Assembly: GCA_963758635.1 (NCBI GenBank)
Contig: CAVWWD010000005.1
Coordinates: forward strand, 640,001-704,000
Source: an uncultured Candidatus Rokubacteria bacterium
GTDB taxonomy: Bacteria > Methylomirabilota > Methylomirabilia > Rokubacteriales > CSP1-6
Length of the DNA: 64,000 nucleotides
Reading direction: 5' to 3'
Part shown: positions 10,056 through 20,185 of the stretch, piece after piece
Position numbering within the stretch: the stretch's first letter is position 1
Layout: each line of letters starts with the position of its first letter
Notes under the pieces: generated by a model
Databases searched by the model: none
What the model was told of the DNA's origin: nothing
The model's input: the letters and a program-made list of their open reading frames with translations, nothing else
Program-made: the position numbers and the translations under genes

Positions 10056-11033
10056 ATGATCCTCGAGATCGAGCACCACCTGTCCTTCGACTACGACGCG
10101 TTCATCCGCGAGTCGTTCATCGAGCTGCGGATGCAGCCGAAGACCACCGAGCACCAGACCCTGGCGTCGTTCGTCCTCGCCGTGGGCCCCCCGAGCACGA
10201 TCGCGCGCTACCGTGACTGGAACGACAACGCCGTCCACCACTTCACGGTGACGCAGTACCACAACCGGATCGCCGTGGAGGGCCGGGCCCTCGTGCGCAC
10301 CCACCCGGCCGCGCCGGCGGCCACCGGGCTCGCCGACCCCGTGCCCCTCGCGGACGTGCCGCCCTCCCTCTACGACTTCATGCAGCTCGCCGGCCCCGTG
10401 CGGCCCAGCGCGGCGCTGTCGGACCTCCACCAGGAGGTGCGGCGCGGCGCGGGCGACACCCTCGGCGACCTCGTCGGCGCCGCGGGCGGCGCCCTCGCCG
10501 GCCGCTTCGAGTACCAGAAGAACGTCACTCGCTACGACTCCACCACCGACGACTTCCTGAAGCTGGGCGCCGGGGTCTGCCAGGACTTCGCCCATGTGAT
10601 GCTGGGGCTCCTGCGCCTGTCGCACGTGCCGTGCCGGTACGTGAGCGGCTACCTCCACGTGGACCCGCTGGCGGGCGAGGCCGCCCAGAGCCACGCCTGG
10701 CTCGAGGTGTACTCGCCGGATCGCGGATGGGTGCCGTTCGACCCGACCCACAACCGGGCCGTCGACGAGCGTTACGTGGTCGTGGGGCACGGACGCCACT
10801 ACGACGACGTGCCGCCGAACAAGGGCATCTTCCGCGGCAACGCGCGCGAGACGCTGACCGCCGAGGTCTACACGCGCCCGTCCGCGGACAAGGCGGTGTC
10901 CACGCTCCACGAGGAGGTCGCCCAGATCGACCTGCCGGTGTTCCAGGAGATCCCGGAGCGACGGCGCGCGACGGGCTTCAACGTCGCGATGGCCGCGGCC
11001 ATCCAGCAGCAGGAGCAGGACGAGCAGCAGTAG
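10056..11033 (+). CDS. Transglutaminase-like protein
   Basis: GVCQDFAH, RYVSGY, SHAWLEVY, FDPT; Gln-rich C-terminus. Confidence 0.92.
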   Translation: MILEIEHHLSFDYDAFIRESFIELRMQPKTTEHQTLASFVLAVGPPSTIARYRDWNDNAVHHFTVTQYHNRIAVEGRALVRTHPAAPAATGLADPVPLADVPPSLYDFMQLAGPVRPSAALSDLHQEVRRGAGDTLGDLVGAAGGALAGRFEYQKNVTRYDSTTDDFLKLGAGVCQDFAHVMLGLLRLSHVPCRYVSGYLHVDPLAGEAAQSHAWLEVYSPDRGWVPFDPTHNRAVDERYVVVGHGRHYDDVPPNKGIFRGNARETLTAEVYTRPSADKAVSTLHEEVAQIDLPVFQEIPERRRATGFNVAMAAAIQQQEQDEQQ

Positions 11034-11058
11034 GCCCGCGCGGCGGGGGGAGGCGACG

Positions 11059-12288
11059 ATGCGGATCGATCGAGAGCGGCTCGAGGACACCATGGTCAGG
11101 CTCGGCCGCATCGGCGAGACGCCGGCGGGCGGGCTCACGCGCCTGGCCCTGACCGACGAGGACCGCCGGGGCCGCGACCTCCTGGTGGACTGGATGCGCG
11201 GCGCCGGGCTCACCGTCACCGTGGACCAGATGGGGAACATCTTCGGGGTCCGCGGCGGCGAGCCAGGGGCGCCGCCCGTCCTCATGGGCTCGCACGCCGA
11301 CTCCGTGCCCACCGGCGGCAAGTACGACGGACAGCTCGGGGTCCTCTGCGCCCTCGAGGTGATCCGGAGCCTCGCCGGCGTGCGGACGCGGCATCCCGTG
11401 GGCATGGCGATCTTCACCAACGAGGAGGGCGCGCGCTTTCAGCCCGCGATGATCGGCTCGGGCGTCATGGCCGGGAAGATCCCGCTCGAGGACGCCTACA
11501 ACGCGCGCGACCGCGACGGGATCCGGCTCGGCGACGAGCTCGAGCGCATCGGCTACCTCGGCCCGGAGCCGTGCGTGCCCCGTCCGCTGCGCGCCTACCT
11601 CGAGCTGCACATCGAGCAGGGGCCCATCCTCGAGGAGGAGTCGATCCCCGTCGGCATCGTCGAGGGCATCGTGGCCATCGCGTGGTCGCGGCTCACCCTC
11701 CACGGCGTGCAGGACCACGCCGGCCCCACCCCGATGCGGATCCGCCACGACGCGCTCGTCGCCGCCGCCGAGGTGGTGCGTGGCGTCCGGGACCTGGTGC
11801 GCCACGTGGGCGGCGACATGGTCGGCACGGTCGGCCGTCTCGACGTGACGCCCAACATCCCGAACGCGATCCCCGGGCGCGTGTCGCTGTCGATCGACCT
11901 GCGCGACCCCGACGAGACGCAGATCACCCGCGCCCTCGGCATGGTCGACCGCGTGGCGCGGGACGCCGCGCGCCGCGAGGGCGTGCGCTACGAGCTCGAC
12001 CACTACTGGCGCGTGCCGCGCACCGACTTCGATCCGGACGTGGTGGGCGCCATCGAGCGCGCCGTGACGTCGCTCGGCTGCGGCCACCGGCGCATCCTGT
12101 CCGGCGCCGGCCACGACGCCCAGTACATGGCGGCGATCACGCCCACGGGGATGATCTTCGTGCCGTCCCGCGGCGGCCGCAGCCACTGCGAGGAGGAGTT
12201 CACGGGGATGGACGACATCGAGCACGGCGCCAACACCCTGCTGCGCGCCGCCGCCGACCTCGCCGGGGCGGAGCCGGCGCGCCCATAG
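11059..12288 (+). CDS. M20 family Zn-dependent amidohydrolase (carbamoylase/allantoate amidohydrolase-like)
   Basis: GSHADSVPTGGKYDG, NEEGARF, ELHIEQGP, SGAGHDA. Confidence 0.92.
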   Translation: MRIDRERLEDTMVRLGRIGETPAGGLTRLALTDEDRRGRDLLVDWMRGAGLTVTVDQMGNIFGVRGGEPGAPPVLMGSHADSVPTGGKYDGQLGVLCALEVIRSLAGVRTRHPVGMAIFTNEEGARFQPAMIGSGVMAGKIPLEDAYNARDRDGIRLGDELERIGYLGPEPCVPRPLRAYLELHIEQGPILEEESIPVGIVEGIVAIAWSRLTLHGVQDHAGPTPMRIRHDALVAAAEVVRGVRDLVRHVGGDMVGTVGRLDVTPNIPNAIPGRVSLSIDLRDPDETQITRALGMVDRVARDAARREGVRYELDHYWRVPRTDFDPDVVGAIERAVTSLGCGHRRILSGAGHDAQYMAAITPTGMIFVPSRGGRSHCEEEFTGMDDIEHGANTLLRAAADLAGAEPARP

Positions 12289-12290
12289 CC

Positions 12291-12490
12291 TTGCGAGGTG
12301 AGCCGAAGGCGAGCCGAGCGGATATGGAAATGATCTGGAAACGACCGCAACGGGTCGTCCGCCAGCGGGTTGACTTGGGGCAGTTGATTTGCGAGGTGAG
12401 CCGAGCGAAGGTCGAGCCGAGCGCATGATGGCATTGCGAGGTGAGCCGAAGGCGAGCCGAGCGATATGGAAATGCCGTGGAATCAACCGC
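12291..12490 (+). repeat. Three clustered copies of repeat family B
   Basis: TTGCGAGGTGAGCCGA... begins at 12291, 12389 and 12434. Confidence 0.88.
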
Positions 12491-12521
12491 GTACCGAGAT
12501 AGCCCGGCGCCGCCGCGACGG

Positions 12522-12995
12522 GTGTGGGCCGCGCTGTCGGCGCTCGCGGCCATCCTTGCCGCGGCGTGCGGCGCCACGGGCAGGCCCGCCGTCCTGCCGC
12601 CCGACGTGAGGATCGTCGCCCCCGGGCCCGAGGTCCCCCGCCCGCTCGCCGCGCTCTCCGGCACGTGGACCGGCGAGTGGGGGGCCGTGCAGACGCGCAT
12701 CGGCGACGAGACGGTGCTCGCCCCCGCCACCTGGCCCGTCCCCGCCCTCCTCGCCGTGGAGCGCGTCGAGGGCCGTCGCGCGTGGCTCGTCTACGCGTGG
12801 GGGGCCACCGCCGACGTGCCGCGCGAGGGGTGGGAGCGCGCGGTCGGCACGATCGGGCCGGACGGCGTGCTGCGCGCGATCCTCGCCAGCGGCGCGGTGC
12901 TGGAGTACCGGCTGTCCGCGGATCAGCGGACGCTGTCGGGCACGCACCGGCTCCGCGGCGTGCCGATGTTCGGCGAGTTCACCCGGCGGCGGTGA
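12522..12995 (+). CDS. Hypothetical lipoprotein (start uncertain)
   Basis: Lipobox-like LAAAC; sequence further upstream in the ORF is repeat-derived. Confidence 0.65.
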   Translation: MWAALSALAAILAAACGATGRPAVLPPDVRIVAPGPEVPRPLAALSGTWTGEWGAVQTRIGDETVLAPATWPVPALLAVERVEGRRAWLVYAWGATADVPREGWERAVGTIGPDGVLRAILASGAVLEYRLSADQRTLSGTHRLRGVPMFGEFTRRR

Positions 12996-13029
12996 GAGCC
13001 GGCCCGAACGCCGGGTCGGCACGCGGCGC

Positions 13030-13767
13030 TCAGCCGGCGTGCGGCGCGGCGACCAGGCGCGGGAGCCGGAGCCGGGCCACGATCGGCAGGTGGTCGGAGG
13101 CGACGCGGGCCAGCCGGCTCCGGTGGGCCCGGACGCCGTCCCCGTGCAGCGCTCGATCCCAGTAGATCCGGTCCAGCGCGAAGAGCGGCAGCGGGGAGGG
13201 ATGCGTCCGCCGCACGCGCGCGCCGAGAAGCTGGCGCCGGAGCGTCCGGCCCACCGCGCCCGGGAACCACTCGTTGAGGTCTCCCACCACGATCCGCGGC
13301 CCGGGCAGCTCCTCGCGCAGCACGTGCTGGCGCACGAGCATCTCCACCTGCTCGGCCCGCTCCCAGACGCGCAGCCCGAAGTGCACGTTGAAGAGGTGGA
13401 GGTCGCGGCCGTCCACGAGCATGTCCACGCGCACGCCGCCGCGGGGCTCGCGCCGCTGGCGCGTGAGGTCGAAGGTGTCGTGGTGGCGGACGGGGAGGCG
13501 GGTCAGGACGGCGTTGCCGTACGAGCCGTCCGCGCGCTCGAGGGTCACGGCCATGATCGCGCGGAGCCCCAGCCGCTCGGCGAGCGCCTCGGCCTGCGAC
13601 CGGTAGACCTCCTGGATGCCCACAACGTCGGCGTCGAGCTCGGCGATGACGTCGGCGATGCGCGCGAGGTCGACGCGGCGGTCGAGGCCGCGCGCCTTGT
13701 GGATGTTGTAGCTGGCGATGGTGAGCGGGACGTCGTCCGGACGCGGGCGGGCCGGCGGGCTGTCCAT
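13030..13767 (-). CDS. Endonuclease/exonuclease/phosphatase family protein
   Basis: SYNIH, DVVGIQEV, YGNAVL, GDLNEW, LDRIY, SDHLP. Confidence 0.92.
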   Translation of the reverse strand: MDSPPARPRPDDVPLTIASYNIHKARGLDRRVDLARIADVIAELDADVVGIQEVYRSQAEALAERLGLRAIMAVTLERADGSYGNAVLTRLPVRHHDTFDLTRQRREPRGGVRVDMLVDGRDLHLFNVHFGLRVWERAEQVEMLVRQHVLREELPGPRIVVGDLNEWFPGAVGRTLRRQLLGARVRRTHPSPLPLFALDRIYWDRALHGDGVRAHRSRLARVASDHLPIVARLRLPRLVAAPHAG

Positions 13768-13892
13768 TGGTCCCAGGATACCGGGCATCGCCCCGCGAGC
13801 AAGCGTTCATGCGGCCCCGGCCGCCGTCGCCTTGAAATCGCGGGGGCCTCTTGCTAGTCTCGCCTCACCCGACCCCACCCGCGAGGTCCACC

Positions 13893-16053
13893 GTGAGCGA
13901 TTCGCGCCGCCCCCTGCATCCCGTGGTCGCCGCCGTCCGCGAGTTCGTCGACCGCGAGGTGCGGCCGGCCGCGCCGGACCTCGAGCACGCCGACGCCTAC
14001 CCGCACGCCCTGGTCGCGCGCATGCGCGAGCTCGGGCTCTTCGGGGCGCTCGTCCCCAGCGCGTGGGGCGGGCTCGGCCTCTCCGTCAGCACCTACGCCC
14101 AGGTCATCGAGGAGATCTGCCGCGGCTTCATGTCGCTGGCCGGCGTCATCAACAGCCACACGATGGCCGCCCTCATCGTGCTGGACAACGGCACCGACGA
14201 GCAGCGGGCCCGCTTCCTCCCCCGGTTCGCGCGCGGGGAGGCGCGCGGCGGCCTCGCGCTGACCGAGCCGCACGCCGGCTCGGACGTGCAGGCCCTCCGC
14301 ACCGTCGCCCGCCGCGACGGCGACCGCTACCTCCTCTCCGGATCCAAGATGTTCATCACCAACGGCCGCGAGGGGAACACCTTCGCGCTCCTCGCCCGGA
14401 CCGATCCGCGCGCCGATCCCCCGCACCGCGGCATGTCCTGCTTCATCGTGGAGAAGGGCGCGCCCGGGCTCGAGGTGGTGAAGTCGATCGGCAAGCTCGG
14501 CTACAAGGGCGTGGACACCGTCGAGCTCTCCTTCGAGGACTTCCCCGTCCCCGCGGCCAACCTGGTGGGCCTGGTCGAGGGCCGCGGCTTCAAGCACGTC
14601 ATGTCCGGGCTCGAGACGGGCCGCATCAACATCGCGGCCCGCGCCGTCGGGGTGGCCCAGGCCGTCCTCGACGAGACCCTCGAGGTCACGGGGCGCGGGC
14701 CCGCGCGCGCGGAGGTGACGCGCCGGCTCCATCGCATGGGCGCGCGCGTCGAGGCGGCCCGGCTCCTCACCTCCTGGGCCGGCGCGATGAAGGACCGGAA
14801 CGAGCGCTGCGACCTCGAGGCGGGCATGGCCAAGCTCTACGCGTCGGAGACGGCGCAGGAGGTGGCGCACGAGGCGCTCGCGCTCGCCGGCCCGTCCGGA
14901 CAGCTCCTGGCCGGGACCCTGGAGCGGCACTATCGCGACACGCCGCTGATGATCATCGGCGAGGGCGCCAACGAGATCCAGAAGACGCTGATCGCGCGCC
15001 AGCTCATCGGCCGCCACGGCGAGCGCGCGGGCGGCCTCGTCTCCCGCCAGGACGAGAGCCCGGAGCGCCGGCAGATCGTCCTCGCCGTCCGCCAGTTCGT
15101 CGAGAAAGAGGTCGCGCCGGCGGCCCAGGAGCACGACGCTCGCCGGGCGCTGCCATCCTCGCTCCGCGCGCGGCTCGCCGACCTCGGCGTCTTCGGCGCC
15201 CTCGCCCCCGCGCGGTCGGGCGGTCTCGAGCTCGACCTGCCCACGACGGTCATGATCCTCGAGGAGGTCGCGCGCGGCTGGGGCGCGCTCGGCATGCTGC
15301 TCGCCGGACACCTGGCCTCCTCCCGCGGCGTGGCTCGCGCGGGCGTGGGCGAGCGCTGGCTGCCCCCGCTGACCCGGGGCGAGACCCTGGCCGTGCCCGT
15401 CGCCGAGCCGGGCGTGACGGGCGTGGCGTCGCCGGCGGGCCTCGCGCTGGACGGAGAGGTCTCCGTGAACGGCGGCGCGCTCGGCGGCCTGTTCGTGATC
15501 CGCCTGCCGCACGGGTTCGCGGCCATCGTGCCCGCGGACACGCCCGGCGTCAGCGTGGGGCCGCCGCGGCCCGCCCTCGGCCTCCGAGGGCTCGAGCCGG
15601 CGACGCTCCGGCTGCGTGGAGCGGTCGCGCCCGCCGCGGCCCAGCTCGAGACGTGGGACTGGGCCGGCGTCGAGAGCGTCCGCTGGCTCGGCGCGGCGGC
15701 CGTCGCCGTCGGCGTCGCCCAGGCCGCCTTCGAGGCCGCGCTCCGCTACTCGCAGCAGCGCACGACGTTCGGGCAAGGCGATCTGCCATCACCAGGCCAT
15801 CCAGCTCAAGCTCGCCGACATGGCGAGCCGCATCGCCGCGGCGCGGCTCCTCACCGGCCGGGCCGCCGAGCGCCTCGCCGCCGACGCCGCGGACATGGCG
15901 GGCGCGGCGATGGCGCGCGCGGAGGCCGCGGAGACGGCGGCCCTGGTGACGCTCGAGTCCATGCGCATCCACGGCGGTTACGGCTACACCACCGAGTTCC
16001 CGGTGGAGCGCTACTACCGCGACGCCGCCGCGCTCGTGGCGGACAGCGCCTGA
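13893..16053 (+). CDS. Tandem two-domain acyl-CoA dehydrogenase (frameshift ~15771)
   Basis: Domain 1 LTEPHAGSD, GSKMFITNG, IGEGANEIQK; domain 2 ends FGKAICHHQAIQLKLADM...IHGGYGYTTEFPVERYYRDA after removing one G. Confidence 0.85.
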
Positions 16054-16064
16054 CGCCTCCGCCC

Positions 16065-16547
16065 ATGAGCTACGGCCGCTACTTCGACGACTTCGCCGTC
16101 GGCCAGGAGTTCCGTCACTGGCCCGGGCGCACGATCGGCGAGGCCGACTGCACGTGGTTCGCGCTGCTCACCATGAACCAGCACCCGCTGCATTCCGACG
16201 CGCACTACGCCGAGACGCACACCCAGCACGGCCGGCGGGTGGTGATGGGGCCACTGGTCTTCAGCCTGGTCATCGGCATGAGCGTGGCCGACATCTCGGG
16301 GCGCGCCATCGCCAACCTGGAGGTGGACCGGCTGCGCCACGAGAAGCCCACGTTCATCGGCGACACCCTCTACGCGAGCACCCGGGTGCTCGAGCTCGCG
16401 GAATCGCGCAAGGGCGACCGCGGGGTGGTGACGGTGGAGACGGTGGGCACCAACCAGCGCGGGGAAACGGTCTGCTCCTACGTGCGCAAGGTGCTCGTCC
16501 CCAAGCGGAACCACGCCACGCTCGGCGAAGGCCGGCTCCCCTACTGA
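16065..16547 (+). CDS. MaoC-family dehydratase
   Basis: GRYFDDFAVGQEFRHWPGRT, NQHPLHSD, PTFIGDTL. Confidence 0.9.
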   Translation: MSYGRYFDDFAVGQEFRHWPGRTIGEADCTWFALLTMNQHPLHSDAHYAETHTQHGRRVVMGPLVFSLVIGMSVADISGRAIANLEVDRLRHEKPTFIGDTLYASTRVLELAESRKGDRGVVTVETVGTNQRGETVCSYVRKVLVPKRNHATLGEGRLPY

Positions 16548-16841
16548 TGGCCGAGACCCCGCTCGCCACGCCGGAGGTGGAGGACGTCCAGGAACGTCGA
16601 GTCGGCGGTGGCGCCGCCGTGGATGACCATCCTGCACAACTGCGACTGCCACACGTTCGAGCAGGTGGTGCGCCAGCTCATGAAGGCGATCGCGTGCAGC
16701 GAGGAGAAGGGCTGGGAGATCGCCTGGCAGGTGCACACCACCGGCAAGGCCGTGGTGAAGGTGGGGCCCGAGACCGAGTGCGTCCGCGTCGGCAACGTCC
16801 TCGCGTCGATCGGCCTGGTGGTGACGGTCGTCCAGTCGTAG
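16547..16841 (+). CDS. clpS: ClpS-like Clp protease adaptor (frameshift ~16590)
   Basis: PPWMTILHNCDCHTFEQVV...VHTTGKAVV; 5' part MAETPLATPEVEDV lies in another frame. Confidence 0.8.
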
Positions 16842-16965
16842 CCCGCTCGTGCGGTTTCCTGTTTTGTCGCTCCCCCTTCCAGATTTGGGCCCGACCCTGC
16901 CGTTAAATTGACCGATCCGTGCCTCGTCGTCCTGTCTAATCACTCAGTTGGACGGAGTCACGCCG

Positions 16966-16981
16966 TGGCACCCGCCTTGCT
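16966..16981 (+). promoter_or_regulatory. Sigma54 (-24/-12) promoter
   Basis: TGGCACCCGCCTTGCT matches TGGCAC-N5-TTGCW. Confidence 0.75.
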
Positions 16982-17025
16982 GCCTTCCCCCGCGTCGGCA
17001 CATCGAGACTCGAGAGGAGACGGCA

Positions 17026-17211
17026 ATGGAGTGGCTCAGCGACATCGTGCGGGATGCCTGGAGGGACCACCTCACCGACCCCCGCCCGTGGTACCGGCGG
17101 CAGAGCGTGTGGCTGATGGCCACGGCGCTGGTGGTGCCCTTCGGCTGGCTCCTCCCCGTCTGCCGGGTGGCCGTGGTGCGGGTCGCGGCGCGTCGTGCGG
17201 GTCGCGTCTAG
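17026..17211 (+). CDS. Small Trp-rich membrane protein (61 aa)
   Basis: GAGGAG RBS; one hydrophobic segment; basic tail. Confidence 0.7.
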   Translation: MEWLSDIVRDAWRDHLTDPRPWYRRQSVWLMATALVVPFGWLLPVCRVAVVRVAARRAGRV

Positions 17212-17253
17212 GGCGCGGGCCGGCTCTTCGATCAACCGCGGCCGCGGTCGCGC

Positions 17254-17829
17254 ATGAGCCCGGGCGGTCACCTCGTCTGCACCGCGCTGGCGTGCGGAGC
17301 CGTGCACGCCCTCGGCGGCTCGCTCGCCCTCACCGCCGGCGTGGCCGCGGGCGGCGTGCTCATCGACGTCGACCACGTCATCGACTACGTCGTCTTCGAG
17401 CGCCGGCGGGAGCTGTCGCCCGGCGCGTTCCTGCGGCACTACGTCGAGCAGCGCCACCAGCGGGTGGTGCTGATGCTTCACTCCTACGAGCTCCTGGTCG
17501 TCCTGGCCGCGCTGGCGTGGGTCACCGGCTGGGTCGGGCTCTGGGGCTACCTCCTCGGGATGGCGCTCCACCTGCCGCTGGACATCGTGTTCAACGGGCG
17601 GGTGCTGTCGAGGAACCTCCTGCCGTTCTACAGCTTCGCGTACCGCTGGCGAGCGCGCTTCCGCTCGGCGCCGCTCCTCGGCGTGACCGCGCCGACGCCC
17701 GCGCCCGGAGGCTTCTGGCGGAGCTTCTTCGCGGAGTTCTTCCCCGCGCGCCCGGCGCGCGCCGTCACCGCGCCGGCGGCCGCGCGAGCACGTGGCGCCG
17801 GAAGCGAAAGGCGTTTTCCGGCAGCCTGA
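17254..17829 (+). CDS. Putative membrane-bound metal-dependent hydrolase
   Basis: His/Asp motifs GH, DVDH, LHSYE, HLPLD between transmembrane segments. Confidence 0.6.
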   Translation: MSPGGHLVCTALACGAVHALGGSLALTAGVAAGGVLIDVDHVIDYVVFERRRELSPGAFLRHYVEQRHQRVVLMLHSYELLVVLAALAWVTGWVGLWGYLLGMALHLPLDIVFNGRVLSRNLLPFYSFAYRWRARFRSAPLLGVTAPTPAPGGFWRSFFAEFFPARPARAVTAPAAARARGAGSERRFPAA

Positions 17830-18343
17830 GGTCGATCTCGAACCGATCGGGGCCCACCGCCTCGACCTTCGCCACGATCGTGGACATTCCCGGGGACTCG
17901 AACGCCTCCCCCACCGCCTCCATGAACTGATACACCGTGCTCGCCTCCCGCACGCGCGGACAGCCCGCGCCGCGCGCGATGGCGGCGAGGTCGGTGATGC
18001 CCGCCGCGGTGTGCGACGGGAAGCCGCCCGTCGAGAGCAGGCTCCCGTTGTCGAACACGATGTGGGTGAGGCCGGCGGGCTGGTAGCGCGCGAGGGTGGC
18101 GAGCCCGCCCAGGTTCATGAGCACGGACCCGTCGCCGTCCAGCACCACGACCCGCTCCCCGGGCAGGCACAGGGCCAGGCCGAGCCCGACCGACGACGCC
18201 AGCCCCATCGAGTGCTCCAGGTAGAGGAAGCTCTCGCGATGGCCGAGGTCGTAGAGCTCCTGCGCGCACGCGCCCATGATCGTCACGACCAGCCGGTCGC
18301 CCAGCTCCGGATAGAGCGCGGCGAGACAGTCGGCCCGTTTCAT
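17765..18343 (-). CDS. TPP-binding subunit, sulfopyruvate decarboxylase beta-like
   Basis: SMGLASSVGLGLAL, DGDGSVLMNLG, FDNG (ComE-like). Confidence 0.82.
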   Translation of the reverse strand: MKRADCLAALYPELGDRLVVTIMGACAQELYDLGHRESFLYLEHSMGLASSVGLGLALCLPGERVVVLDGDGSVLMNLGGLATLARYQPAGLTHIVFDNGSLLSTGGFPSHTAAGITDLAAIARGAGCPRVREASTVYQFMEAVGEAFESPGMSTIVAKVEAVGPDRFEIDLRLPENAFRFRRHVLARPPAR

Positions 18344-18435
18344 GTGATGGGGGGGAGCGGCGCCGCTCCGCCCCCATGCCCCCCCACCACCACGTGCCGC
18401 CGTCGGCGGCGAGGACCCGCACGGTCCGTAAGCAC

Positions 18436-18948
18436 TCAGTCCTCCATCAGGTCGCGGGTGAGCAGGAGGGCCACCGGGGAGAGCGACGACCACGCGAGCG
18501 TCTGCGCCTCCTGGATCTGCCGGCCCACCTTGAGCGGGTCCCGCGCGTACTCGAAGGGCAGCCCGAGGGCGCGGATCACCGGCTCCGTCACGATGCCGCC
18601 CTGGGTGTGCCACGGGTAGGGCTCGCCCCAGTGCCCGCGGTGCGCGATCAGCATGACGAGGGGCACGCGGTAGAGCATGGCCAGCGACACGACCCCGTTG
18701 ACGCTGGCGAGGAAGCCGTGGTTCTGCATGAGGAGCGCGTTCGGGCGGCCGGCCAGGTAGGCGCCGGCCGCGATGCCGATGGCCTCCTCCTCCTTGGCGA
18801 CCTCGATCAGCGTCATCTCCGGATCGTCGTCGGCGAGCTGCAGCAGGTAGACGAGCCACGTCTCGGGCAGCGCGGTCAGGAAGCGGATGCCCGCCGCCTT
18901 GATGCCCTGGTAGATGGCCTTGGAGTTGTCACGCGAGACCGTCGTCAT
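18436..18948 (-). CDS. Sulfopyruvate decarboxylase alpha-like subunit
   Basis: KEEEAIGIAAGAYLAG, LMQNHG, IAHRG (ComD-like). Confidence 0.82.
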   Translation of the reverse strand: MTTVSRDNSKAIYQGIKAAGIRFLTALPETWLVYLLQLADDDPEMTLIEVAKEEEAIGIAAGAYLAGRPNALLMQNHGFLASVNGVVSLAMLYRVPLVMLIAHRGHWGEPYPWHTQGGIVTEPVIRALGLPFEYARDPLKVGRQIQEAQTLAWSSLSPVALLLTRDLMED

Positions 18949-19056
18949 CGGCGATGACCGTAGCATCCCCGGCGTGTCCGCTCAAGCGAGCCCCCGCCGT
19001 CCCCGCGATCGCGCCCTTGACGGGCCCCGACCCCATCGCGCACTATGCGCGGCAAC

Positions 19057-20160
19057 ATGCCGGCATCCGCCTCGTCCTCCGCGATCGTCGTCGGCGCGGG
19101 CGTCGTCGGCGCGTGCGTGGCGCATCGTCTCGCCGCGGCCGGCGCGCGCGTCACCGTGGTCGACGCGGGCGTGCCGGGCAGCGGCGCCTCCGGCGCGAGC
19201 TTCGCCTGGACCAACTCGTTCGGGAAGACACCGCGCGAGTACCACGACCTCAACGTGGCGAGCATGGCCGAGCACGAGCGCCTCGCCGAGGAGCTCGGCG
19301 GCCGCTGGCTCCACCGCACCGGCAACCTCCTGTGGGAGGAGACGCCCGACGCGCAGATGGACCTCCGGCGGACGGCGGACCGGCTGCGCGCGTGGGGCTA
19401 TCCGTTCGAGGTGCTGCGGCCGCGCGAGGCCCTCGAGATCGAGCCCGAGCTGTCCTTCGCCTCCTCCGTGGAGGAGGTCGTGTACCCGGCCCACGAGAGC
19501 TGGGTCGAGGTCGTGCCGATGATCGGCGCGCTGCTCGCCGCCGCCACGCGACGAGGCGCGAGAATGATCACGCGCCAGCGCGTGACCGGGCTGATCATGG
19601 CCGGCGACGGGGTCCGCGGCGTCGTCCTCGCCGACGGCACCCGGCTCGAGGCCGACGTGGTGGTCGACTGCGCCGGCGCCGCGGCCGGCGAGGTGGCGGG
19701 CCTGGCCGCGGCCAGCCTGCCCGTCGCCGCGGAGGCGGGACGGCTCGTGTACACCACGCCCGTGGCCACCGCGCTCTCGCGCCCGATCCACGCGCCCGGC
19801 GTCCACTTCCGGCCCGACGGCGGAGGCCGGATCGTCCTCGCCGAGGACGTCCACGACCTCGTGCTCGACCGCGCGCCGCGCGACGGCTGGACCCCGGAGC
19901 GCTCCGTCGAGGTCGCCGCGCGCTACCTCCCCGCCCTCGCCGGGGCGGCCGTCGAGGCCACGCGCGTCGGTCCCCGGCCCATGCCCCGCGACCGCCATCC
20001 CATCGTGGGGCCCGTGCCCGGCCGGCCCGGGCTCTACGTGGTGGTCTCCCACAGCGGGGTGACGCTGGGTCCGCTGTGGGGCCGAGTGGCCGCGGCGGAG
20101 ATCCTCGGCGGCGAGCCCGACCCGCGTCTCGCGAGCTTCCGCGCCACGCGATTCGCCTGA
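19057..20160 (+). CDS. FAD-dependent oxidoreductase (DAO/glycine oxidase family)
   Basis: GAGVVG, GASGASFAW, RPMPRD, HSGVTLGP. Confidence 0.88.
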   Translation: MPASASSSAIVVGAGVVGACVAHRLAAAGARVTVVDAGVPGSGASGASFAWTNSFGKTPREYHDLNVASMAEHERLAEELGGRWLHRTGNLLWEETPDAQMDLRRTADRLRAWGYPFEVLRPREALEIEPELSFASSVEEVVYPAHESWVEVVPMIGALLAAATRRGARMITRQRVTGLIMAGDGVRGVVLADGTRLEADVVVDCAGAAAGEVAGLAAASLPVAAEAGRLVYTTPVATALSRPIHAPGVHFRPDGGGRIVLAEDVHDLVLDRAPRDGWTPERSVEVAARYLPALAGAAVEATRVGPRPMPRDRHPIVGPVPGRPGLYVVVSHSGVTLGPLWGRVAAAEILGGEPDPRLASFRATRFA

Positions 20161-20185
20161 CCGGCGGCCCGCGCGGACCCGGGCC

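Noticed and set aside
12291..12490. CRISPR array
   Set aside because: Irregular spacing, dispersed copies elsewhere and no cas genes; it is repeat family B.
13851..16547. 898-aa ACAD-MaoC fusion
   Set aside because: Extra G at ~15771; the ACAD ends at 16053 and MaoC starts at 16065.
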